The notes under the pieces are model-generated. The model was given only the letters and a program-made list of their open reading frames with translations. It was not told the DNA's origin and did not search any database. DNA of 43,550 nucleotides, from contig BCKQ01000004.1 of the NCBI GenBank assembly GCA_001600695.1, positions 219 to 43,768 on the forward strand. The letters are read 5' to 3'. Each line of letters starts with the position of its first letter. The stretch's first letter is position 1. Below, one piece after another: positions 33,640 to 43,550 of the stretch. A program made the translations under genes and the position numbers. The stretch is from Ascoidea asiatica JCM 7603. Lineage: Eukaryota; Fungi; Ascomycota.

Positions 33640-34150
33640 ACAGTACATAAAAATCAAGGATTTCCATGAGATATTGAAATTCCATCATAAGTATCTTATA
33701 AATATCTACCAATTGCAACACTTAATAATGAATATATATTATCTCTATTAATACCATAAATAGATTTTATTTAATTAATTAACTGAAATACAGTATTTAA
33801 TAATAACTGATCAGTAATATTATATGGAATTAAATGATCAATATTTGAATCAAAATCATGAGATAATAATAAAGCAATGATTACACTTGAATCTAAACCT
33901 GATGTAAGACGTTGTTTAAATTGTAAAGGAGATTGAATTAAATGAGTTGAATTTGAATGATCAAAACATGATTTATAGATTATGAATTCTTTTTAACAAT
34001 CAGCATAAATTGAAATTTTTGTTGTGGTGATATTTAATTCATCATTAAAAAAATTTGAAAATTGGACACCAATTAATTTCATTCCATGAATCAAAACAAG
34101 TCTTTTTTCCAGATTAGAATAAAATAATTTAAATCATATTACAAAATTGC
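33640..34150 (-). pseudogene. Fragment of a GH15 glucoamylase (Sga1/Glu1-like)
   Basis: Manual minus-strand translation gives YDLNYFILIWKK / CFDSWNEIN (GH15 DL.YV...W...GFDLWEE). It then reads TSGLDSSVIIALLSHD...IPYNITDQLLLNTVFQLIN*IKSIYGIN...VAIGRYL*DTYDGISISHGNP*FLCT (GH15 A[IL]GRYPEDVY[DN]G....GNPW[FV]LAT). Not in the ORF track. Confidence 0.88.
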
Positions 34151-36195
34151 TCATACAGGAACAAGATAGTTAGAAGGCGCTAAACCAATGGTGGAATTAT
34201 TCAATAGTTCTACTTCCCACCATCCATCTTCTTGCATTCTTAGAACTAGCATTAAATCTTTTCTTTTGAATGAAACTTCTTCTTGTAATCTTGCTTGATA
34301 ACTAAATTTTGCCTTTGCATGTCTTAGAACAGGTCGACCTGTCAAAGAATACAATGGAAGGCCATTCGCTGCTAGTTTTCTACTTCCAATACTATTAGCC
34401 GATTTTGCACGGCGGTGATTATATGGACGAGGTTGATCTTGAGTTTGAACTGGATTTCCCCGAGAAATGAAATTTTTTTGAGAATATTGAAAGCTTTCAT
34501 TTAGATTTGGATTAGAATCATTATTTTTTTCAGAAAGCTGATTTGAATGTGAATTAACTATAACATTCACTACTTTGGATGGTGTAGATTTCTTTTGTTT
34601 CAATGTCATCATGTCACCGTTACCTCCTACTTTTAGATCTTCTAGTGCTGCTCTTAATGGATCAATTACTCCTATTTCTTGTAGATTAGTATTGCCTTTA
34701 ATATTTGAGCTTTGAAATTGTTGATTACTAAATGTTGTAATATTAGCTATAGAAGGAGAAGAAACAGATTTGAAGTTTTTATCCTTAATAGTGCTAATTG
34801 AAGAAGCCATTGAATTTTCACCTGAATATTTATTTGAAAAAGATTTTGAGTTTTGCAAATTGAAATTTCTTTCTGGAGATAAAGAATTTTGATTTGATTT
34901 ACTATAAGAAAATGTATCAGTTGACATTGATGATTGTAGGTGATTCAAATTCCAGGTAGTTGAATCCGGAGACTTTCTGGATCTACGTCTTGAAGGTGAT
35001 GACCAAGTTTTTGAACCTTGAGTAGATTCAACATAACTAGTCAAAGAAGTAGCTTGAGATGTGGTTGTTGATTTTGCCATTGTTGAGCTTGAGTTATTAC
35101 TATCATTCGAAGATATTGTAGAAGTGGTGGAGCCTGTTTTTTGAAGAGGATTGTAATGTTTCACATTATCATTATTGAATTTTGATATGATTTGTGGCTG
35201 AGCTTGAATTTGACCATGAGGTAAGGGTTGTTGCAATATTTGTGGTACAATATGTGATTGAGGTTGTTCTTGTTTAAGATTTAAAAAATTACTTTCTAAT
35301 ACCTCTGAAGAGTTTATAATGGTTGAAGAAATATTTTTCGGTTGCATTTCATTGGAGCTTTGAATATTTTGAAATTGATTTTGCTGATTTAAATTATTTA
35401 CAATTGGGCAAATATTTTGTTTTTCAATTTCTAATAAATCTAGAGACAACTCAGGTCTATTGGACATAGTTTTAGAAAAATTTGGGATTTGTGAATTATC
35501 AGGAGGAGGTAATAAAGTTGCTTTATTTAAAATTAAAGGAGAATTTGTTTTTGATTTTGTTTTTAAATTTGAATTTGAATTCGAATTTAATGGTAAATCA
35601 TTTAGATTTAATTCAGGAGTATACAAATCATTACCAGTTGCATATTTATTTATGAAATTTTGAATATCAGAATTTGAATTACAAAATTCAATTGATTTTC
35701 TTATACTTTCACAGGTTTTATCATCTTTAACACAAGCTTCAGAAATTGAATTTGCAAAAGACCATAAATTTTTTTTTATGTAATCTATTTTATTTAATTC
35801 TAAAGACTGTAGATCATTACAAGTTGATTGCCAATTTGTAATGAAGTTTTCAATTAAAGCTTGATAATTATTCAATTTTAATTTGAATTCATCACTTTCA
35901 ATTATCTTTTGGTTATTTTTATTATTTTTATTAAAAGATAAATGATTCTGTAATTCAATAAATGAATTATTTTTATTATTTATTATAGAATAAATATTGG
36001 ATTTTAGATTCAATTGTTTATTCAATAAATTATTTTGAAAAATTATTAAAGGTTTTAAAATATGAGTAAATAAATGAATTGAGTGATCAAGATGAGAATT
36101 TGAGATATTAGCGGTTTCTAATTTCAAGGATTCTAAAGTTGAATTCAAAGTTATATAGCCTGTTATATCTATATCATTATTGCTATTATTATTGA

Positions 36196-36226
<31 letters not shown>

Positions 36227-36469
36227 GTTATGGCTATTATTATGATTAATGTTATTGATTTTATGGGTAAAATATTTTGAGGATAAATTTAATAATTTTT
36301 TTGAATAATCTTCTTCGATTGATATTTTTTCCTTATAAAAATTAATTAAGTCATCAAAAAGTAATTTATTTGATAATGATATATGATTGAATAGCACTTC
36401 AACACCAAGATCATCTTTACCCCAAAAGTTATTACAAAAAGTTGAATCTATTGCAATTGTTGATGTCAT
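34151..36469 (-). CDS. HOF1: F-BAR (FCH) and SH3 cytokinesis protein, Hof1/Cdc15-like (772 aa)
   Basis: N-terminal FCNNFWG.DD.G, FYKEKISIEEDYSKKL and LWSFANSISEAC..DD..CE, plus the C-terminal SH3 AKAKFSYQARLQEEVSF...QEDGWW...GLAPSNYL. The start is taken as the ATG at 36469. Confidence 0.88.
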
Positions 36470-37352
36470 GATTAATTTTGATATTAAAAATATAATTATA
36501 ATTATCAACTATCGATTATTAATTATTAATTATTAATTATTAGTTAGAAATATATTTTAATATATCAATAAAAAAATACAAAATCTTATAAAGTTTTCAA
36601 GAAAATTTATTTTTTATGAAGAAGTTTATGGATAAATTGATTATAAATTAAAATTATAAAAACTTGAAAATAAATAGGAATATAAATATAAATATGAAAA
36701 TAAATAGGAATATGAATTTGGATTGAAATTGAATTTGGATTGAAATTAAAATTGTTTATAAAGTACACTCACTACTTTTAATTGACTAGTGGACATTTAT
36801 TATATTTACATTGTCCATAAATGGCAAAAGGTAAACACAAATCAAAAACATCAACGGTTAGATGTAGAAGCAAAATGAAAAAAAATATTTCCTTTTCTTC
36901 TGGAGCTCACGCCAGCTCAAGTCAGCGAACCAGTCACGGGTGTGAGACCAGAAAACTGTCATTTCTCAACCTCACCCGAGGTATAATGGCATGTGATTTA
37001 TTGCAGGGTGATGGCCAAATTAGGGTCGGAATTCTCAAAAGACTAACTACGTGAAAAAAAAACTGATGTGACTGATGTGTACTGCTATTGGTTCATTTGC
37101 CGCGGGATACCCGTGGGAGATGAGTTGATTAAGTGAGCATTGAGCATCAATGAATTTACCGGTATTAACCTTACAGTTTTCTGGTTTTCAGGTTATTATT
37201 GATTTCTAGATCTCAAGATATAAAAAGGTAAAAGTTAGTTTAAAAAAAATTAGAATTCTTGAAATCAATAATTAATGATACTTTCTTTAGTTGCTATTTG
37301 ATATCATTTTAGTGGTTTAATGAGAGTGAGAAATTTCAAGAAATTTTGAAAA

Positions 37353-37982
37353 ATGGCAGACGAGAAAACATATATTTCATATAATCATGTACATCAGCTT
37401 TGTCAAGAAAGTGCAAGCCGAATTCAAAAATTTAAACCAGATTTGATGGTTGCAATTGGAGGAGGAGGATTCATTCCAGCTAGAATTCTAAGATCATTTT
37501 TAAAAGAACATGGAAAACCAAATATTCGAATTATGGCAATTATATTATCATTATATGAAGATGTAGATTCAGTTTCAACAGATGAAGAAAAAAGTGGATT
37601 AAAAGTTATTCGAAATCAATGGATTGATTTTAAGGAATCTAAAATCTCATTAATAGGTAAAAAAGTTTTAATTGTTGATGAAGTTGACGATACAAGAACA
37701 ACTTTACATTATGCATTAAACGAACTTAAAAAAGATGTAATAGAAGAATGTAATAAATTGAATATAAAATATGAAGAAAGCGGAACTGAATTTGGTATAT
37801 TTGTTTTACATGACAAACAAAAAGACAAAAAAGCTACGTTACCTAAAGAACTTATGGAAAATGATAGGTATATTGCAGCTAGAAAAATGGAAGATGTTTG
37901 GATTGCATATCCTTGGGAATCTACAGATATAGTCTATCATACGAAAATGGCAATGAAGCAAGGTAACGATGTGTTTTTGTAG
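37353..37982 (+). CDS. HPT1: Hypoxanthine/guanine(/xanthine) phosphoribosyltransferase, Hpt1/Xpt1 family (209 aa)
   Basis: YISYNHVHQLCQ, AIGGGGFIPARILR, the PRPP loop VLIVDEVDDTRTTL, FGIFVLHDKQK and YPWESTDIVYHT. Confidence 0.95.
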   Translation: MADEKTYISYNHVHQLCQESASRIQKFKPDLMVAIGGGGFIPARILRSFLKEHGKPNIRIMAIILSLYEDVDSVSTDEEKSGLKVIRNQWIDFKESKISLIGKKVLIVDEVDDTRTTLHYALNELKKDVIEECNKLNIKYEESGTEFGIFVLHDKQKDKKATLPKELMENDRYIAARKMEDVWIAYPWESTDIVYHTKMAMKQGNDVFL

Positions 37983-38420
37983 TTATACTGTATATAATTA
38001 CTTTTATAAGATTCAGTAACTTATAAATAAAAATCTTCAAATCAAAATCAAATATCTGGATTCAGGACTTCCGGAGTGATCAAAGCATCATGTGATATTT
38101 AAAGACACCGTATCATGTGACACATTTCAGCAAAATTTAAACCCATTTTCATTTATAGCAGGCATAAGCGAGAAACCGTGAAAGAAGGTCGAAGCTCTTG
38201 CGGCGGAAGAGCAATTCCAATTCCATTCCCTACACCACTACACCAGAACAGCAACGCACGAGCAGAATAGCTCAATAGCTCAATAACGCAATAGCACAAC
38301 ACGGTGCCCTAAGCTCAATATATTAATCAAGATGATCAATTAACTTACTATTTATTATGAATATATTGTAATGATATCTTGCAATAGTATTATATATAAA
38401 TTCAAATAACTAGCAATAAT

Positions 38421-38690
38421 CTAATAGTAATACTAATAGTAATACTAATAGTAATACTAATACTCCCAATATCCTCCCATATATTCTCACTCTCACTCTC
38501 CTACACCGTATTTACACTGCTATATTCTTATTATCATTATAATAATATATTCTATTCTATTCTATTATATTCTGCTCTTCTCTACTATACTCATATTATT
38601 CTAACTTAGTTACTCTACTACCACTACCACTACCACTACCATTTCCACTATCACTATCACTATCACTATCACTAACAATACCAATACCAC
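38421..38690 (+). repeat. Cluster of simple repeats upstream of the importin gene
   Basis: (CTAATAGTAATA)x3.5 at 38421-38463, (TATTC)n near 38547-38572, and (CTACCA)n then (CTATCA)n at ~38615-38673. The segment has almost no G on the + strand. Confidence 0.85.
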
Positions 38691-38779
38691 ACTCTGTCTT
38701 ACAATCTATCTCACTACCCTCTCATACTGTCTTACCACCTTCTTTCCAAAAACTTTTTTTTAAATATATCCAATGCAAA

Positions 38780-39340
38780 ATGAATAAAAGAGATATCAAA
38801 GGTTTTTTGGCTGACACTTTTAATCCAAATCTACAGAAAAGATTAAACGCTGAGAAAAATTTAATCAGTTTATTATCAAATGATGGGTTTATAACTTATT
38901 GTCTTACTTTATCTTCTTCAAATTCCAATTCTAATTCTAACTCCCAGAATAATCAAAAGGATAATAATACTAATAATGATCAAAATGATGATAATGATGT
39001 ATCCCCTTCTATAAAATTGGCAGCGCTTCTTTTTTTTAAAAATAATTTAAATAATAGAAAAATTTCTGATAATGAAAAATTACAAATAAAATCAAGCTTA
39101 ATAATTTCAATTTTAAATAATTCAAATAATTATAACTTTAGAATTCATTTACTATCTTCAATCCAAATTTTACTTAATACTGATTTCAAACAAAATAATT
39201 TTAATTTTATTTTAGATTTGATTCAAAATTCAATTCAATTATTATCTTCAATTACAAATACTTCTAATAATAATATTACTATTAATTCAAATATAAAACA
39301 ATCTTCTTCTACTCTAATCACTAATAATAACAATGATAAC

Positions 39341-39377
<37 letters not shown>

Positions 39378-42300
39378 TTTTAACCGCACTCTTGATATTG
39401 AATGAATTAAGTAAATTTATTAAAAATAATTTACCTCAAAATATTATTACCGTTAAAACAATATCTCAAAAAGATGAAAAATTAATTCAAATTTGGAATG
39501 ATTTAAATCTTTCGATATTACCAACACTATTAAACTTTTCAAATCATTTAATTCAATCAATCAATAATATCCAATCTATTTCTCAATCGAATTCTCAATT
39601 AAATTTCCAATTCCTTTATTATATTATAAAAATTTTTAAATATAATACTTTTAATAATCTTTCTGTACCTTATTTTATTCAATCTAATGATTCAAATTTT
39701 CAGAATTTTAATAAATGGTTATCAATTCATTTAGATATTATTCAGTCTCAATCAATTGATTCTATTATATTAAATAATATAAAAAATGATAATAATGATA
39801 ATAGTAATAATAGTAATAATAATAATAATCATAAAAATTTTCAAATTAAATTAAAAAAATGGTCTTTTCATAATATTTCAAGAATTTTATTAAAATTAAA
39901 TTCTTTCATAAATAATTCTTCAACAAATAATTTGAATTCAAAATATTCAAATACGATAATTAAACAAAATTATTTAAATTTAATAAATTATTTCTTTCAA
40001 AATGATTTAAACTCAATTTTATCTATTTTTTTTAATCAAATTCAAAATTTTTCAAACTCAAAAATTTTTTTACATAATTCAAATTTATTTTATTTAATCG
40101 ATTTTTTCTCAAATTTAATTTCAAAAAATTTAAATTCAAATTTAATCCCAAAAAATTTAGATTCTTTTAATTACCTTTTAGATAATAATAATTTAAAAAA
40201 ATTAATTAATTATTTAATTTTTCCTTTGATTTCTGGTTTTAATTTTTTAAATGATAAACAAATATCAAATAATCAAAATAGTCAAAAAGAATCTGAAAAT
40301 TCAATTGAAATCCTTGAATTATTTCAAGATTCACAAAAAGATTATTTTAATAAATTTTTTAATAATGATTCAATTAATGATGAATTAAATGGTAGAAATG
40401 CTTCTTTAAGCTTTTTAAGTAAATTAGTTTCAATAAGATTTAATCAATCAATTGATATTTTATTAGATCTATTAAAATTAATTTTTGATCAAAGAAAACA
40501 ATCTAATAAGTCAATTAATTTAAATGATTATTTAAACTTAAATTCAATTGTCAAAGACAAAGAAACTAATGATAATATTGATATTAATTTAATTAATCAA
40601 GCCATAAATTATGATTCAAATCAAGATTATTCAAACTTTAATTATATTGAATCAAAAAGTGCTTTTCAAATGGAATCTGCTTTGCAAATTTTAAATTTAT
40701 TAATTAATCAAATTTTAAATGAAGAAAATTTAATAGATTTAAAACAATATCAAGATTTAATTGAAAATATTATCGAAAATTATGTGATTCCAGAACTTTT
40801 TCAATTTAAATTCAAATTCTTAACTTCAAGAGCTTTAGAAACAATTTCAACTTTAAAATTCAAATTCAATAATATTTCAATTTTATCAAATATTTTTGAT
40901 TCTATACTAAAGTTAATTCAATATATTGAAAAATATGATTCCTTATCTATTTCTTCAGATAACAATAATTCTTTTCAATTATCAAATAACATAAATAAAG
41001 CTATTGAAGAATTACCTGATGAAAATATTTTCTCTTTAAATACTTTCAATGATAATTTTTTTGAACAATTGATTCAATCAAATAATTCAAATTCAAGTTC
41101 AAACTCAGTTTCAAGCTTCAATAATAGTAATTCGGATTCGAACGACTCAAATTTAATCATAAAACTTGAATATTTAAATGCTTTAAAAACTTTATTAATC
41201 AATAAGGATATAATCAATTATATGAAATCTTATATTCCTTCTTTAATAGATCAGCTATTTATCTTAATTAATAATTATGATTTTGATTTATTAACTGAGA
41301 TTTTAGAAGAATTTATAAATGTATACTCAAATAATATTAATGATATTAAATTTGTTATCAAGTTATGCTTAAAAATATCTATCAACCTTTATAGAAATTT
41401 AGCCTTATTATCAAATTCTAACAATCAATCAAAATCAACTGCCATTATTAGCGATGAAACAAATAAAGAGTTTATTTGCTTTGGTTTGATTAACAATTTA
41501 TCTTTCATTATTAATAAAAATGATAATAATAAATATTTATTAATTAAAATCTGGGAAATCATTCAAATAAATTTCAAATTAGTTCTAAATAATTCAATGT
41601 TATCATTTTTAGAAGAAATGATTGATATTATTAATGATTTTATTGTAATATTTAGAAATTTCTATCTCCCAAATCTTGAAGAAGTTTTATTTAAAGAATT
41701 AATGTTGGAAAATTTTGATAGTTTTGATTATAAGAATTACTTTGATAATTTTGTTAGTTTTATGGAAAATTATATTTTATTAGGGTTTAATAAACGTTTA
41801 AATCAAAAATTTTTGAATAAACTTAATTTTGAATTGCTTTCTTCTGAAGGATTTCACCAATCATCACAGATTTCAAATATTTTTAGTTTTTATAAAGATT
41901 TTTTGTCAGAGAAAAGTTCAAGTATATCCTCAGTTCTAAAAATTTCAGATAATTCCAGTAATTTATCTTCTACAATATTATTTAAAATAGTTAAAATTAA
42001 TTTGGAAAATCTCAGTGATTCTGTAAGTGAACAGAAAATTATTAATATTGGTTATTCCTTTAGTATTTTTAGTGATTTGGTCTTAGTACTTAAATCATTA
42101 TCAACTAATTTAACTCTTTCTACATCAACTAATGAAAATGACATATTTATGGTTAACGATTTAAATAGTAATGCTAATAATGCAGTTTTCATAGAGATTT
42201 TAACTCAATCTTTACTTACATTTGCCAGAACATTCCCTTCATTTATTATTGAAAATCCTGGTAGTATTAATTTGGATCTTGACAGTATATATAGTGATCA

Positions 42301-43093
42301 GGAGTTTTGTACCACTTTCCAAAGCTTTTTACAGTTAATAATCAACTGTATTAATTATAGGCCATTAATTACTCTTCAATTGATGAATGAATTTACCAAA
42401 AATAATGGAGAAGAGATTCTAAATGGATGTGAGGACGAATCGGAAGGTAACTATATGATTCAGTATATGGAAAATTTTAATTTTGTATTTCTATCTGATA
42501 TATGGCTAAACTCTCAGAGTCAAGCAGAAATTTATGAAAATTTTAATCAGTCATTTTTTAATTTGAAATTACAAATTTTTGTTATTATTTCTTTATTAAA
42601 GAATTCTCAAAGTTTAGCAGAGCAAAATCGAAACTTGTTTATTCCTAATATGAATAGTTCTGATCAATTTGAAGAATTTGTTAATATGCTAATTTATAAA
42701 TTAGTGGAACTATTTTATTTATTTCTTAAAATAATCTACCAAAAAGATGCAAAGGATTCATCTAAAGATATTAGTGATGCAGAAGAAGAAACAATATTTA
42801 GTGGTACTCAGGAAGATATTTTCTCGAAAGATAAATTTCGATTGGAGTTATTACATTTTGATACATTGGTCTCGTCAACTAATGGCTCTAGTACACCTGT
42901 TGGAAGTGAAAGTAGTTCAAATGACAATGAAGTTCGAATAAATTTGTTAAGTGAATTTTATGAATTTTTAAAAGGAGTTTCAGATAAAAGTCAAATCAAA
43001 TTTATGGAGATAGTAAACAGTAAAGAAAATTATCAAGAACTTTTAAATTATTTTATGGAAGCTGGAAATTCCAATGAAGAGTTGTTAATGTGA
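38780..43093 (+). CDS. Importin-beta family karyopherin, importin-7/8 type (Sxm1/Nmd5-like), highly diverged and Asn-rich (1437 aa)
   Basis: IBN_N-like start (ADTFNPN...RLNAEKNL...GFITYCL...IKLAALLFFKN), KLKKWSF, LIFPL, QMESALQIL, VIPEL...FLTSRALET and DLLTEILEEFINVY. Its position next to HPT1 agrees with yeast synteny. Confidence 0.7.
39322..39377 (+). repeat. (AAT/AAC)n polyasparagine tract in the importin-like gene
   Basis: Encodes NNNNDNNNNNNNNNNNNN. Confidence 0.95.
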
Positions 43094-43435
43094 ATCTATA
43101 AAATGAATTTTTGTTATTGTGATTTTTGTTTTTATGTTCAATTTTTTTTTATATTTTTCAAATTTTTTTATACTTTTCAGTTTTTTTTATTCACCATAAT
43201 TTTAAATTTTCTGCTTTCATTTACTCATTCTCTAACCAAAATTGTTTTTGGCTCAAAATTGTTTCTTTATTATTAGTTTTGAAATAAATTTAGTTTTTAA
43301 TTGATTTAAATTTTGGCAAAATTAACTGTAAAGACATAAGAAAAGTAGTTTAAAAATCTAAAAAGTAAAATATTCGGATAATTTTTTTTAAAAAGTTAAG
43401 AAAACCCCTAATATAATAGGAAATATAAATACATT

Positions 43436-43480
43436 GAAAAGGAAAAAGGAAAAAGGAAAAAGGAAAAAAGAAAAAAGAAA
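43436..43480 (+). repeat. (GGAAAAA)n polypurine tract
   Basis: Direct reading of the sequence. Confidence 0.8.
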
Positions 43481-43550
43481 ATAATAAAATATGATTATAA
43501 AAAAAAAAATGGAAGCAAAATCAGAAAAGCTATAATACAAAAGTTCAAAT

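Noticed and set aside
32200-34150. Intact transposon as carrier of the gene fragments
   Set aside because: No transposase or Rep/helicase remnant, terminal inverted repeat, LTR or target-site duplication could be seen by eye.
34139-34153. Stop-codon readthrough giving a Hof1-glucoamylase fusion
   Set aside because: The TGA-G context is not a known leaky one, a TAA follows four codons later, and the downstream frame is broken.
36470-36508. MIIIIIFLISKLI signal-peptide-like start for HOF1
   Set aside because: It begins at TTG and is a translation of (ATT/ATA)n in the 5' UTR. Hof1 is cytosolic.
36821-37054. 77 aa basic ORF between HOF1 and HPT1
   Set aside because: It has no recognisable homology and lies in a divergent promoter. 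It cannot be supported without expression data.
1-43550. tRNA, rRNA, snRNA genes or CRISPR arrays
   Set aside because: No cloverleaf with A/B boxes, rRNA-like sequence or repeat-spacer array was seen. The repeats are simple microsatellites. Small snoRNAs cannot be excluded by eye.

Overview
AT-rich nuclear DNA from a budding yeast (Saccharomycotina). The evidence is short GTAAGT...AG introns, yeast-type orthologues and Asn-rich low-complexity proteins. The composition is reminiscent of Ascoidea-like yeasts, but that assignment is only an inference. Ten apparently intact housekeeping genes are present: GRE2-like reductase, eIF3 subunit K, ATP20 (one intron), BLM10, TEL2, KIN1/KIN2, IME2, RNH1 (one intron), HOF1-like F-BAR/SH3, and HPT1. 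A highly diverged importin-7/8 (Sxm1/Nmd5-like) gene follows them. The most interesting material is missed by the ORF track: (i) a mitochondrial DNA insert at 1-405 ending in the first 20 codons of cytochrome b; (ii) a near full-length decayed PPQ1 phosphatase pseudogene; (iii) a mosaic of unrelated gene fragments between RNH1 and HOF1, with an MGM1 piece facing a GH15 glucoamylase piece that starts at the HOF1 stop codon. Other oddities include eIF3k retention, an RNase H1 with a ~600 aa linker, an Asp at the normally invariant alphaC Glu of Ime2, and a 5'-to-3' base-composition gradient within genes. I found no tRNA, rRNA, CRISPR array or intact transposon, and no clear new multi-gene system. 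All family assignments are from recalled motifs, not database searches.
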